63,438 nucleotides of DNA, taken from the IMG/VR virus record IMGVR_UViG_3300046170_000254, positions 1-63,438 of that record, one strand, 5' to 3'. The position numbers and the translations under genes are program-made. This stretch comes from a virus (lineage: Duplodnaviria > Caudoviricetes). Below, piece after piece: positions 52,747 through 61,779 of the stretch. Numbering within the stretch: position 1 is the stretch's first letter; each line of letters begins with the position of its first letter. The notes below the pieces were generated by a model. That model was not told the origin of the DNA and ran no database searches. It was given only the letters and a program-made list of their open reading frames with translations.

Positions 52747-53301
52747 TTATTCTTGCCACTTAATTAAACAATATCCTGAACCAGCAACTTGATTTGGACC
52801 ACTGCCTTGACCTGAATTTGCTTTTCCAGCAACAATACCTCCTTGTCCTACATTAAGTCGTCCAGCGCCTACACCATAGCCTAAAACGCCACTCCCTGCA
52901 GTTTTATCATCCATCGAACCAAATCCCGCACCCATTTTGAGGGATTGAGTTTGGGTTGCTGCCCCGCCAAGTGCCGTTACATCTGAACCGCCAGCACTTG
53001 AAAAAGCAGCAGAGCTGTTACCTCCACCTCCTCCATACCCGCCTCCTGCACCGATTGTTACTATGCAAGCTGTTGTTGATGTTAAATACATTCTTGAAAA
53101 AATTGTTTCACCTCCAGAAGCACCATATGTGGGATTGCCTGACTGACCGCCTCCACCTACGATAAATACATCTATATAACCTCCAGCATCAATTAATGCT
53201 TGAGTAGGTGTAAATGTTCCCGAGGTTGTAAACTCCTGAAATTTAGGGGTTCCTCCTCCACCGCCACCTGCTGATGGAAAAAAATCTGAAAAATTACTCA
53301 T
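52747..53301 (-). CDS. Glycine-rich tail fibre tip protein
   Basis: FTTSGTF...VGGGG...GSGYCLIKW. Confidence 0.7.
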   Translation of the reverse strand: MSNFSDFFPSAGGGGGGTPKFQEFTTSGTFTPTQALIDAGGYIDVFIVGGGGQSGNPTYGASGGETIFSRMYLTSTTACIVTIGAGGGYGGGGGNSSAAFSSAGGSDVTALGGAATQTQSLKMGAGFGSMDDKTAGSGVLGYGVGAGRLNVGQGGIVAGKANSGQGSGPNQVAGSGYCLIKWQE

Positions 53302-53313
53302 AATTTATTTATT

Positions 53314-55538
53314 TTATGCTCCTTCAACACCTATTAATGTCCAGCCATGTGTAGAGCCAGCATATATAAGTTCAAATCCAGAGTTTAATTTATCTATTGT
53401 TAAATCTGTTGCGCTACCCATTATGTTTTCTCCATTTCTTGCTATAATACAAGTTGTAACACCTGACCTATTTGAAACTTTAACACTATTTCCATTACTT
53501 GGAGAGGCTGGGAGTGTAAGAGTTAAATTTGCTGTTAATACATAGAGAGTATCACTAACTGCAGTTGTATCAGATGAAATAACCGCAACACTATAATTTC
53601 TTGTAATGTTAGCGGCTACGTTATTCAGTCCTCCTGTTGATTTAACCTCTATAGTTGAACCGTTTGGAGGTGCAGTTGAAAATGTTAATGTGCTTCCAGA
53701 TAAACTAAATGTATCTTTTTGCTGATACAGCCCATTGATATAAACATCGATAGCATTTTCACTAGCGGGGCTTGTAGAAAGCGTATAATCAACTTGTGAT
53801 CCAGTTCCATTAAAGTTATCTAAATATAATGTATCATTAAATATAGATACAGAACCAACTGTAATAACCTCAATACTATAACCACTTAATGGTGCCGTAG
53901 TGAATGTTAATGTTGTTCCACTTATAGAATATGTATCCTTCTCTTGATACACACCTTGTAAAAATACAAAAGATGTATCAACATCTACTGCTTGTGTTAA
54001 AGTAAAATCTGTTTGCGACCCTGTCCCAGTAAACTGGTTACTATTCAATGTTGAATAAGTTGCAGGCGTAAAATGTACGACCTCTATCGCACTACCACTT
54101 GGAGGTGCGGTGGAAAAAGTGATAGTTGTTCCAGAAGTCGTATAATTGTCTTTAGACTGATAAACTCCGTCTATGTATACTTGTGTAACGTTTTCATCAG
54201 AAACGTCCTTAGAAGCCGTGAAATCGACTGTAGAAGCGTCTCCTGTAAATGTATCTGTATATACTTTTGAAAGAACAGATATGAAGTGTACAACTTCTAC
54301 TTCTGCTCCAGCAGGAACTCCTGTTGAAAATGTTATTACAGATCCGCTTGTAGTATAATTACTTTTAGCTTGATATACCTCCATCAATATACACTTGTGT
54401 ATTACTTGATGCTGTTATATCAGATGATATTGTAAATGCTTGTTGATTAGCTGTAGCAGTTATTACATCTCTTTCAATTGAAAGTTCCCCGCCTCCACCG
54501 CCTCCTGATCCAGCTGTAGTTACAGTTGTAGCTGAAGTAATACGGCCTTGTTGGTCTATTGTAATCTGTGGTGTGTTATTAGCATCTCCATAAGTTCCTG
54601 GAGTTACTGCTGTATTGTCTAAGATTAACCGTAACTGAGCTATCTGTTGCTTGGTCTGTAGTAAAAGTACCACCACCTGACAATCCTGTACCAGCTGTTA
54701 TTGTAATAGTAGAATCATTTGCAGCATCAACTAGCTCGCTGTGTTTAGCTAACTTAACCCAAGCTCCTGCGTGAGCATAGTACGCATATCCAGTTCCATG
54801 AACATGGGCAAACATACCGTGATAAGTTGTTGCTGATGGTAAATCAGATTCTTGAGCGAATACATTTGAATAATATATTGCCCCACCTACAGTTAAAATA
54901 TTGTTTGTCTCATCTATCTCTACAAGAGTAGATTCTGCTGTATTGGTTGTAGTACCAACCCATATCTTTCCTACAGATAAGTTAGGTACATCATTTGTTC
55001 TTCCAGCACCAAAAACTTCAATGCTTCCGTTTGAAGTGTGTACCTTAATTATCTGTCCTACTCTTTGTATTAAAGCAGTGCCTGTTGGTTTAGTGCCTGT
55101 GAATCCGCCATTTGTTCCAACCCATACAGGATCTCCTGAAGCATAACTACTGCTGATTGCGAAGCCAGCAGCTCTACCAAAAGCAACACAATCACCTTCA
55201 GCTCCATAAGCTATTGTATCGGTAATAATACCTATAGCAGGCATTGTAGATGCAGAAGAATTATCTGCAATATCAACTTCTAAAACATTACCAGCGGGCG
55301 GAGAGGCTGTGGGGGCCACTCTTACTAAAGTTCCAGGGCTAAGCGAATTCTGTGCGCTTGATACGTTTTTAACAGTTAATGTTATTTTAAGAGCAGCATC
55401 AGCTGTTCCGGCGGCTACAGTTCCAAATGAAAGATTACCTGCACCATCTGTAACAATCGCTTGCCCAGTCGTACCGTCTACTGATGGTAACGTATACTCA
55501 TCATTTATCGTTATGTTATTCAGGAAACGATTCGCCAT
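53314..55538 (-). CDS. Long tail fibre with ~5 tandem ~65-aa beta repeats; frameshifts near 54620 and 54380
   Basis: ORFs 54579..55538, 54365..54676 and 53314..54387; repeated FTG.G....F.L...VYI.G.YQ....Y..SG.T.TFS.APP.G..IEV. Confidence 0.75.
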
Positions 55539-55546
55539 AATTTAAA

Positions 55547-56674
55547 TTATAATTTTTGAATAAGTACTCTTATATCATTTGATGCGGGAGCACTAGCAAA
55601 TGTTACAGTTACTTGATTTATTGTGTTCCTTACAACATCTGCATAAACAGTATCATTAGAAGAAACATCATATAATTGAACAATAACATCTTTCGTGCCT
55701 AAACTATGCGTTACCCCGTAAGCCAACGTAACACCATCCCCTATAGAGGTTTTAAAAGTAAAATCACTCAGATTTACTGCAATATCATATGTTTTAATTC
55801 TGTTATCTGTGCCTGAAAGTGTTTCTGTAACTGTAACGCCGCTAGCTCCAGTTTCTTGCACAATAACATCTTCTACTGAGTCCGCGTATGTTGCGAGCCT
55901 TTCGTAAGTGCCAGAGTTTTGTTGTATTTTCCAAGAAAGTGTGCTTTCATCCCAAATGAGACTTCTGTTATCTGATGTGCCTCTTTCTACTTCAATACCA
56001 GCATCTTGAGTTGGAGATCCTGTTTCATCCGCATTTAATACAATTATATTGTCGCCAATTTCTACTGTATTTGAATTAACAGTTGTAGTTGTACCATTTA
56101 CAGTTAGATCACCTTGAATAATAGTATCACCTGCAATTTGAACAGAATCACTAGTTGTGGTACCTAAAGTAACGCTGCCATCAACATCTAAGTCATTAGT
56201 AACAGTTAGATCATTTCCGATAGTAACATCGTCTGGTAAACCAATAGTTACTGTTCCAGCGTCTCCAACAGTTTGTCCTGTGCCATCCGTTGTAACTTCA
56301 ATTTCATTAGCAGTTCCATCAAATGTTACGCTTATTCCGTCTATTGAGGTTGCAACATGGTCAAATATTTGATCACCTGTAGCAAGAGCTGTTCCTCCGT
56401 TAGCTACGGCTGCGGTTATAGTATCTAGTCTTGGGTTTGGACCATCAGGATCTGTAACACTAATAGTTGACGTTGTATTGGTATTTACACTTTTGATGTC
56501 TCCAGATGCATCTATCCAATTTGTTCCGTCATAGAATAAAAGTTTTTGGTCGGTAGAATTGTAGTATATCTGTCCCTCTACAGGATTGCTAGGGTTGGAA
56601 GCTAAAACGTGAATGACTCCATTCTGAAGTTCATTCTTGTTTAAATTTATACTACTTAAATAATTTATTGCCAT
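55547..56674 (-). CDS. Tail fibre/structural protein
   Basis: LTVNGTTTTVNS..V.I.DN, DAGIEVERG, VTHSLGTKDVIV. Confidence 0.7.
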   Translation of the reverse strand: MAINYLSSINLNKNELQNGVIHVLASNPSNPVEGQIYYNSTDQKLLFYDGTNWIDASGDIKSVNTNTTSTISVTDPDGPNPRLDTITAAVANGGTALATGDQIFDHVATSIDGISVTFDGTANEIEVTTDGTGQTVGDAGTVTIGLPDDVTIGNDLTVTNDLDVDGSVTLGTTTSDSVQIAGDTIIQGDLTVNGTTTTVNSNTVEIGDNIIVLNADETGSPTQDAGIEVERGTSDNRSLIWDESTLSWKIQQNSGTYERLATYADSVEDVIVQETGASGVTVTETLSGTDNRIKTYDIAVNLSDFTFKTSIGDGVTLAYGVTHSLGTKDVIVQLYDVSSNDTVYADVVRNTINQVTVTFASAPASNDIRVLIQKL

Positions 56675-56681
56675 TTCTTTT

Positions 56682-57384
56682 TTAGTTTAAATATGCGTTT
56701 CCAGTAATGTTTGCTGAAAAAGTAAGCGTTAATTGATTTGTGCTGTTGTATGTTATATCTCCTACTATTATATTACCTAGTGTATCAACTACAGTAACCG
56801 ATGGTATTTTTCCTAAGTTATGATTTATAACCCATGTAGAAGAAGATGATTGCTGTAAGAAAGTAAATTCTTTATCTCCTGGAGCTGAGCCTTCTACAAT
56901 ACCATAATATTTATTTTTTTCTAGTATTCCGTTGCCTTCTTGAAAACTTAAAGTAGCATCAAAAAATGTGGGCTTCCCCTGTTCTTTCTACTAAAGTTGT
57001 TAAATTGTATTTAGCAAATTGATTTATATCTGATAAATTATATATAAATATTGTTTTACTAGATAAATATTCTAAAAAATCTTCAACATTTATTTCTGCT
57101 GAATTTGATTTACTAATTACAATGTTAGATACTGCTGAAAATGCTGTATTTTCTCCGTAGCCATCTGCAAAAGAAATTGAACCAATTCTTCTGCCTGCTG
57201 GACTACCAGCATAAAATAAAAAAGGTATTTGACCACCAACACCAATTTTACCAGATTGATTAAAATTATTAGCAAGTCCTTGAGCTGTAAAGTTTCTAGT
57301 TTTATTAGTTTGGCTATCAGTACCAATCCATTTGTCTCCATCCTGAATAGTTGGGTCTATTAAATACGTACTTATTTTAGCCAT
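56682..57384 (-). CDS. Structural protein; frameshift near 56965
   Basis: MAKISTY..D...; the C-terminus W.I.HNLG..PSVTVVD is in another frame. Confidence 0.6.
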
Positions 57385-57387
57385 TAT

Positions 57388-57807
57388 TTATTTGTGTTTG
57401 TTATTGCCAAAAACTTTTTCCACTCCTCGCGATCCGAAATATCCTCCAATCACTATCGATAATAAGCCTGTAATAGAATCTAAAGGATACCCCATATACC
57501 AACCGGCAACATAACTTATTGTTAAAAAAACCAAAACTAATGGTCTTACGTTAGAAGCCAGCCAAGAGCCACTTCTTGCGTCAGCAACCCATCTTCTGGT
57601 TGTGCCATCTATTTCGGCACGTTCTGCTTTTAGTTTTTCAAGAGCAATTTCCTTATCATCTTCGCTCATTCCTGAGCCGCCAATAATAGCTTCAATAACA
57701 GAACCAACGGGTGTGTCTCCGGCAATAGCGCCAACAACACTAGGTATTTTTTCTAATAAAAATTTACCAACCCCTGTTTCTTTAAACTTTTTTTTGGGGG
57801 TGGACAT
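57388..57807 (-). CDS. 3TM holin-like protein
   Basis: RW.AD..S.SWL..NVRP...GGYFGSRG.EK. Confidence 0.75.
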   Translation of the reverse strand: MSTPKKKFKETGVGKFLLEKIPSVVGAIAGDTPVGSVIEAIIGGSGMSEDDKEIALEKLKAERAEIDGTTRRWVADARSGSWLASNVRPLVLVFLTISYVAGWYMGYPLDSITGLLSIVIGGYFGSRGVEKVFGNNKHK

Positions 57808-58082
57808 TATTTTTTTCTACCTTTTCTTTTTGTTTTAAAAGCGTCAGGAATATCATCAATTTGATTTCCTACTTCTTTAATAGCTTCTTTTATATCTGCA
57901 ATTTCTTCTGCTAGTCTAGTTTTAATAATACCAGCTTTTTCTTTAATTTCTTCGGCTTTAGCTTCAAGTGAATCTGCCTTGAAGTCTTTGTCTTTATCTT
58001 TTATTACGCCTTTATGCAACATAATAACGTATGCTAAGGCTAATGATAGTACTAAATTTAATATTAAACTAATTGTAATCAT
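57807..58082 (-). CDS. Membrane-anchored helical protein
   Basis: N-terminal TM segment and basic tail. Confidence 0.55.
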   Translation of the reverse strand: MITISLILNLVLSLALAYVIMLHKGVIKDKDKDFKADSLEAKAEEIKEKAGIIKTRLAEEIADIKEAIKEVGNQIDDIPDAFKTKRKGRKK

Positions 58083-58086
58083 AATT

Positions 58087-59117
58087 TTACTTTTTATATG
58101 GAAATATTTTATTTAACGCATCTTTTCGACCTTCACATCCGCAAGGTATATTTAAACCTTTAGAAACTTTTTCTGTCATTGTTTTTATACCAGTTGCTTT
58201 TGTTATTTTCTCTATTGAATCTCCAAGACCTTTTGATTTCATTTTTTTCTTTTTAAAGATTTAACTCTTCTAGGTTTACCAGCCGGTTGGCCTAATCGTT
58301 TCTTTTCTGCTATTTTTTTTCTTTTTTCAGCTGAAGACATTTCTGAAGCTGTTTTTGGTGTTTTAGAAGAAACTCTTTTTTTAGGGCGGCAATATGGTAC
58401 ACCTCTTTTTTCGCCTTTTGTTCTACCACATGGCTTGCCAGTACGGACGTCAATCCACTGTTCTTTAAACCATCTTTTTAGGCTAGCACCTTTTTTACTT
58501 TTTCTTACTGCCATTACCCCAATTTTTTGCACCAACTTTACGGCACTTAGCTATTGCACCACTCGCATAAGCTGATGGAAATACTTTATATTTTCTTTTT
58601 ACCTTATGATAGCATGCATCTTTAGCCATTATTTTCTTTTTTTCTTTTTTAACAATTTAAAATCAGCTCCTGTGATTTTATTAAATGGTTTTGCCATTGA
58701 GGCAATACGCTTTTGTTTTGGTGATAGTTTTTTCATAATATTAACAGTTCCATTTACGCCTTGCGGCTTTTCCTCTTTCTGATGTCCAACTTTTAGATCT
58801 AGCACAAAATGCTTTTCTTCTTTTCCAAGCTTTACTTCCTTTCTTTAATTTAGAAGGAGGTGTAGTCACAGCTGTTTTTAATTTACTTCCAGGATTATCT
58901 TTTCTGTACTTAGCAACACCTTTAGCGGTCATTCCGCCACCAGCTTTTTTACCAGTACCTTTGCCTTTTTTTACTTTAGCATAATATCCTAAAGACTTTT
59001 TCTTTGAGGGGGCATTTTTGCTAGGCATTACTTTTTCTTTTTAGCTTTTTTACCATATTTTGATTTATAGCTTTTTTTGACTTTTAGTCCCCCACCTTTT
59101 TTACTTGTTCCTGGCAT
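58087..59117 (-). CDS. Cluster of six tiny K/R-rich proteins (58087..58242, 58239..58514, 58495..58629, 58629..58736, 58741..59028, 59028..59117)
   Basis: Translated by hand and from the ORF track; mostly overlapping stop/start codons. Confidence 0.7.
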
Positions 59118-59128
59118 AATATTAGTTT

Positions 59129-59569
59129 TTAGCGTTCATTATCTTTTATCATATCATCTATAGCCTTATTAAAGACTTTATCAGTATATGTTTTATTATT
59201 GTAGAATACACTTGTTTTTTTAAAAGGTATATCTTCTTTACCTAATAATATATTGTATATTCTTGTTATTAATCTTTTGCATCGATTAGACGTTTGGTAT
59301 ATATGATATTTTTGTGTTGTATGGTTTCTTTTACGCCAAACAACTATCCAATCTTCTTTACGCAATTTTTCCCAACGGTGTTTATCCCAACTCATTAGGT
59401 AAGTGCCGTTTTTATAATCATTACGCGTAAATCTTCCAACGCAATCCAAATAAATTAATAGTTCAAGGTCGCCGTCAGTGAGCCCATATGTTTTACAAGC
59501 CCACTTACGGGTCAACCTATAATAACGGAAAAGTTGTATTTCTCTTAAATCAGATGCATCTAATCTCAT
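59129..59569 (-). CDS. Putative winged-helix (MarR-like) protein
   Basis: YGLT..DLELLIYL...L.KEDWI.V..RKR. Confidence 0.5.
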   Translation of the reverse strand: MRLDASDLREIQLFRYYRLTRKWACKTYGLTDGDLELLIYLDCVGRFTRNDYKNGTYLMSWDKHRWEKLRKEDWIVVWRKRNHTTQKYHIYQTSNRCKRLITRIYNILLGKEDIPFKKTSVFYNNKTYTDKVFNKAIDDMIKDNER

Positions 59570-59820
59570 TCAACAATTATAACATCCTGTTGTTTAATTA
59601 CTGTGTAACTTTTACCCTCAAAAACTAGATCGTGCCCAGCGTGCCTATCGTAGTATATAATATCTTCAGGGTTTATGCACTCGGTTTTTTCACCGCAGTT
59701 AACAACTTTTCCTTTTAAATACCGGTTTTCGCTTTTATTATCTTGCATGATAAAACCATAATCGGTTTTAATCTCTTCTTTGATCTTAGTTATGATTATA
59801 TAATTATTTACTGCTTTCAT
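59566..59820 (-). CDS. groES: Co-chaperonin GroES
   Basis: MKAVNNYIII...GKVVNCG...D.I.Y......Y.VIK..DVI; adjacent to groEL. Confidence 0.85.
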   Translation of the reverse strand: MKAVNNYIIITKIKEEIKTDYGFIMQDNKSENRYLKGKVVNCGEKTECINPEDIIYYDRHAGHDLVFEGKSYTVIKQQDVIIVE

Positions 59821-61366
59821 TTAACCTAACATTTGAAATTATACAATCAGCTGAAATTATAGTTAATGCAACAGAAACCGCATTAATAAGGGCTGTTTTA
59901 GTGACCAGTACAGGATCTATGATCCCTTCTTTTACAAGATTACACATATCCCCGGTAATAACATTTATACCCTGCCCTTTATCAATATACGGTCCGTATT
60001 TAATTCCAGCGTTTTCCAGTATTTTTTTATAAGGTGCTCTTATAGCTCTATATAGTATATTTTCTGTAGATTTTCCTTCGGCAAGTTCATCAGCTGCATT
60101 ATGTAATGCAACGCCTGCCCCTGGCACAATGCCTTCTTTTAAGGCAGCTTTAACAGCGTGTATTGCGTCCTCTACTCTATCTTTTTTCTCTTTAAGCTCT
60201 ACTTTACTATTTGCACCTACTTTTATAACACCAACAGCCCCTGATAACATAGCGAGCCTTTGTTCTAGCTTTGTTTTTAGAAAACCGTTCTTTTCGTTTT
60301 TAATTTTATTCCTTACAGTAGTTATTCTTTCTTTTACCTCTTCAGGCATAGAGTCTACTGTAATTATAGTGCTATTTTGATTTGTTACAGCTTTTGTTGC
60401 AAAACCTAAACAACTAGGATCAATTAAATCTAAATCATCTCCTAATTCTTCATTTATGACAGTAGCTCCTGTTATTGTAGCTAAGTCTTCAAGCGTATCC
60501 TGTTTTGTAGCGCCAAACCCAGGTAAATCAACAATATTTACTTTGATATTACCTTTTACCTTGTTCATTACTAAAGCAGACATAGGCTGTTGCTCTAATT
60601 CAGCTACAATAAGTAAACTTTGTTGACTTTTAATAACATGCTCTAATACATTTTGTATTTTACGCACATTAGGTACTGGACTAGATAAAATAAGTATTGC
60701 TGCATTTTCTAATTCAGCTTTATTCTTTTCTTTATCGGTTACTAAGTGTTGTGATTTTAAACCTGAATCAAATTCAACACCATCAATAATTTCAACGTGT
60801 GTTTCATCTGTATCTGATTCTTCCATCAGCACTATGCCATCTTTACCTACTTTTTTATATGCTTGTGCTATAATACTACCTAATTCAGCATCATTGTTAA
60901 CTGATATCGTAGCTACCGACTCTAGCATTTTATTTGTTACTTTGGTTTTAGAGCTATTTAGGTTTTTTAACACTTTTTCTTTAGCTTTTTCAACACCACT
61001 CTTAATATCTCTAACATTTGCGTTTTCAACCGCTAAACATTCTTTAAGAATAGCATGAGCAAGTACAGTAGAGGTTGTTGTTCCGTCACCTGCTTCTTTA
61101 ACTGTTTTCTGTGCAGCTTCTTTTATAAGAGTTGCCCCGATGTTTTCTACAGGATCAAAAAGTACAACACTATTTGCTACCGTAACACCATCTTTAGTTA
61201 CAACAGGTTTTCCCATTGCATCCTCATATATAACGCATTTTCCGGATGCCCCTAACGTTGAACTTACTGCTTCGGAAAGTTTTTCAATTCCGTTTACAAT
61301 TTTAGACTTAGCGTCGCTGCCAAAGTCAAGATTCTTTACAATCTCACTTGGATTATTATATTCCAT
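59804..61366 (-). CDS. groEL: Chaperonin GroEL (group I)
   Basis: VTKDGVTVA, AGDGTTT, IKVGA, RVEDA, EGIVPGAG, GIIDP..VTK.AL.NA.SVA. Confidence 0.97.
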   Translation of the reverse strand: MEYNNPSEIVKNLDFGSDAKSKIVNGIEKLSEAVSSTLGASGKCVIYEDAMGKPVVTKDGVTVANSVVLFDPVENIGATLIKEAAQKTVKEAGDGTTTSTVLAHAILKECLAVENANVRDIKSGVEKAKEKVLKNLNSSKTKVTNKMLESVATISVNNDAELGSIIAQAYKKVGKDGIVLMEESDTDETHVEIIDGVEFDSGLKSQHLVTDKEKNKAELENAAILILSSPVPNVRKIQNVLEHVIKSQQSLLIVAELEQQPMSALVMNKVKGNIKVNIVDLPGFGATKQDTLEDLATITGATVINEELGDDLDLIDPSCLGFATKAVTNQNSTIITVDSMPEEVKERITTVRNKIKNEKNGFLKTKLEQRLAMLSGAVGVIKVGANSKVELKEKKDRVEDAIHAVKAALKEGIVPGAGVALHNAADELAEGKSTENILYRAIRAPYKKILENAGIKYGPYIDKGQGINVITGDMCNLVKEGIIDPVLVTKTALINAVSVALTIISADCIISNVRLNESSK

Positions 61367-61391
61367 TAAATTAAATTAAATTTTTTAATAC

Positions 61392-61682
61392 TTATTTGAA
61401 AGTCTTAATTACGGTTGGCCCCTCTAAGGCTTTTAGTCTTTTTTCATAATGTTCAATAGAAGAATCAATTGCTTGTTCAGCACCTTCTACTGTTTCCCGT
61501 CTTGTAACACTTGTCCACTGATTATTATCTAATGTAAACTCAGTTTGATAATAACCATTTGGTAATTGAGTAATCCTCCAGTTTTTTTTAGTTGCTAGAT
61601 TCGTCCATTGTTTTTTGGTCTCTTCGGATACTTTTGGTTCTGAATTGGACCATGAATTAGTTTTATAATAAAAATAAGTCAT
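61392..61682 (-). CDS. Hypothetical protein
   Basis: NWRITQLPNGYYQTE...TRRET. Confidence 0.65.
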   Translation of the reverse strand: MTYFYYKTNSWSNSEPKVSEETKKQWTNLATKKNWRITQLPNGYYQTEFTLDNNQWTSVTRRETVEGAEQAIDSSIEHYEKRLKALEGPTVIKTFK

Positions 61683-61779
61683 TTGTTTGGTTTTTAAAGG
61701 TTTATAAATTATTAATTGGTTATATATTATATTGCATATTTTATTTACTTTTTAGGCAATCTTCAAATCTTCCATTATT

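Noticed and set aside
1120-56965. About 15 frameshifted genes (sigma, ERF, giant protein, P4H, adaptor, fibres) as programmed frameshifts or pseudogenes
   Set aside because: Those I traced are repaired by deleting one base, mostly in short G/C runs. They hit essential genes at random and share no slippery motif, so uncorrected read errors are the simplest explanation.
29183-61740. Late promoter consensus (TAATAATAA / GTAATTATA-like) upstream of minus-strand genes
   Set aside because: Cannot be told apart by eye from the AT-rich translation leaders; needs TSS data.
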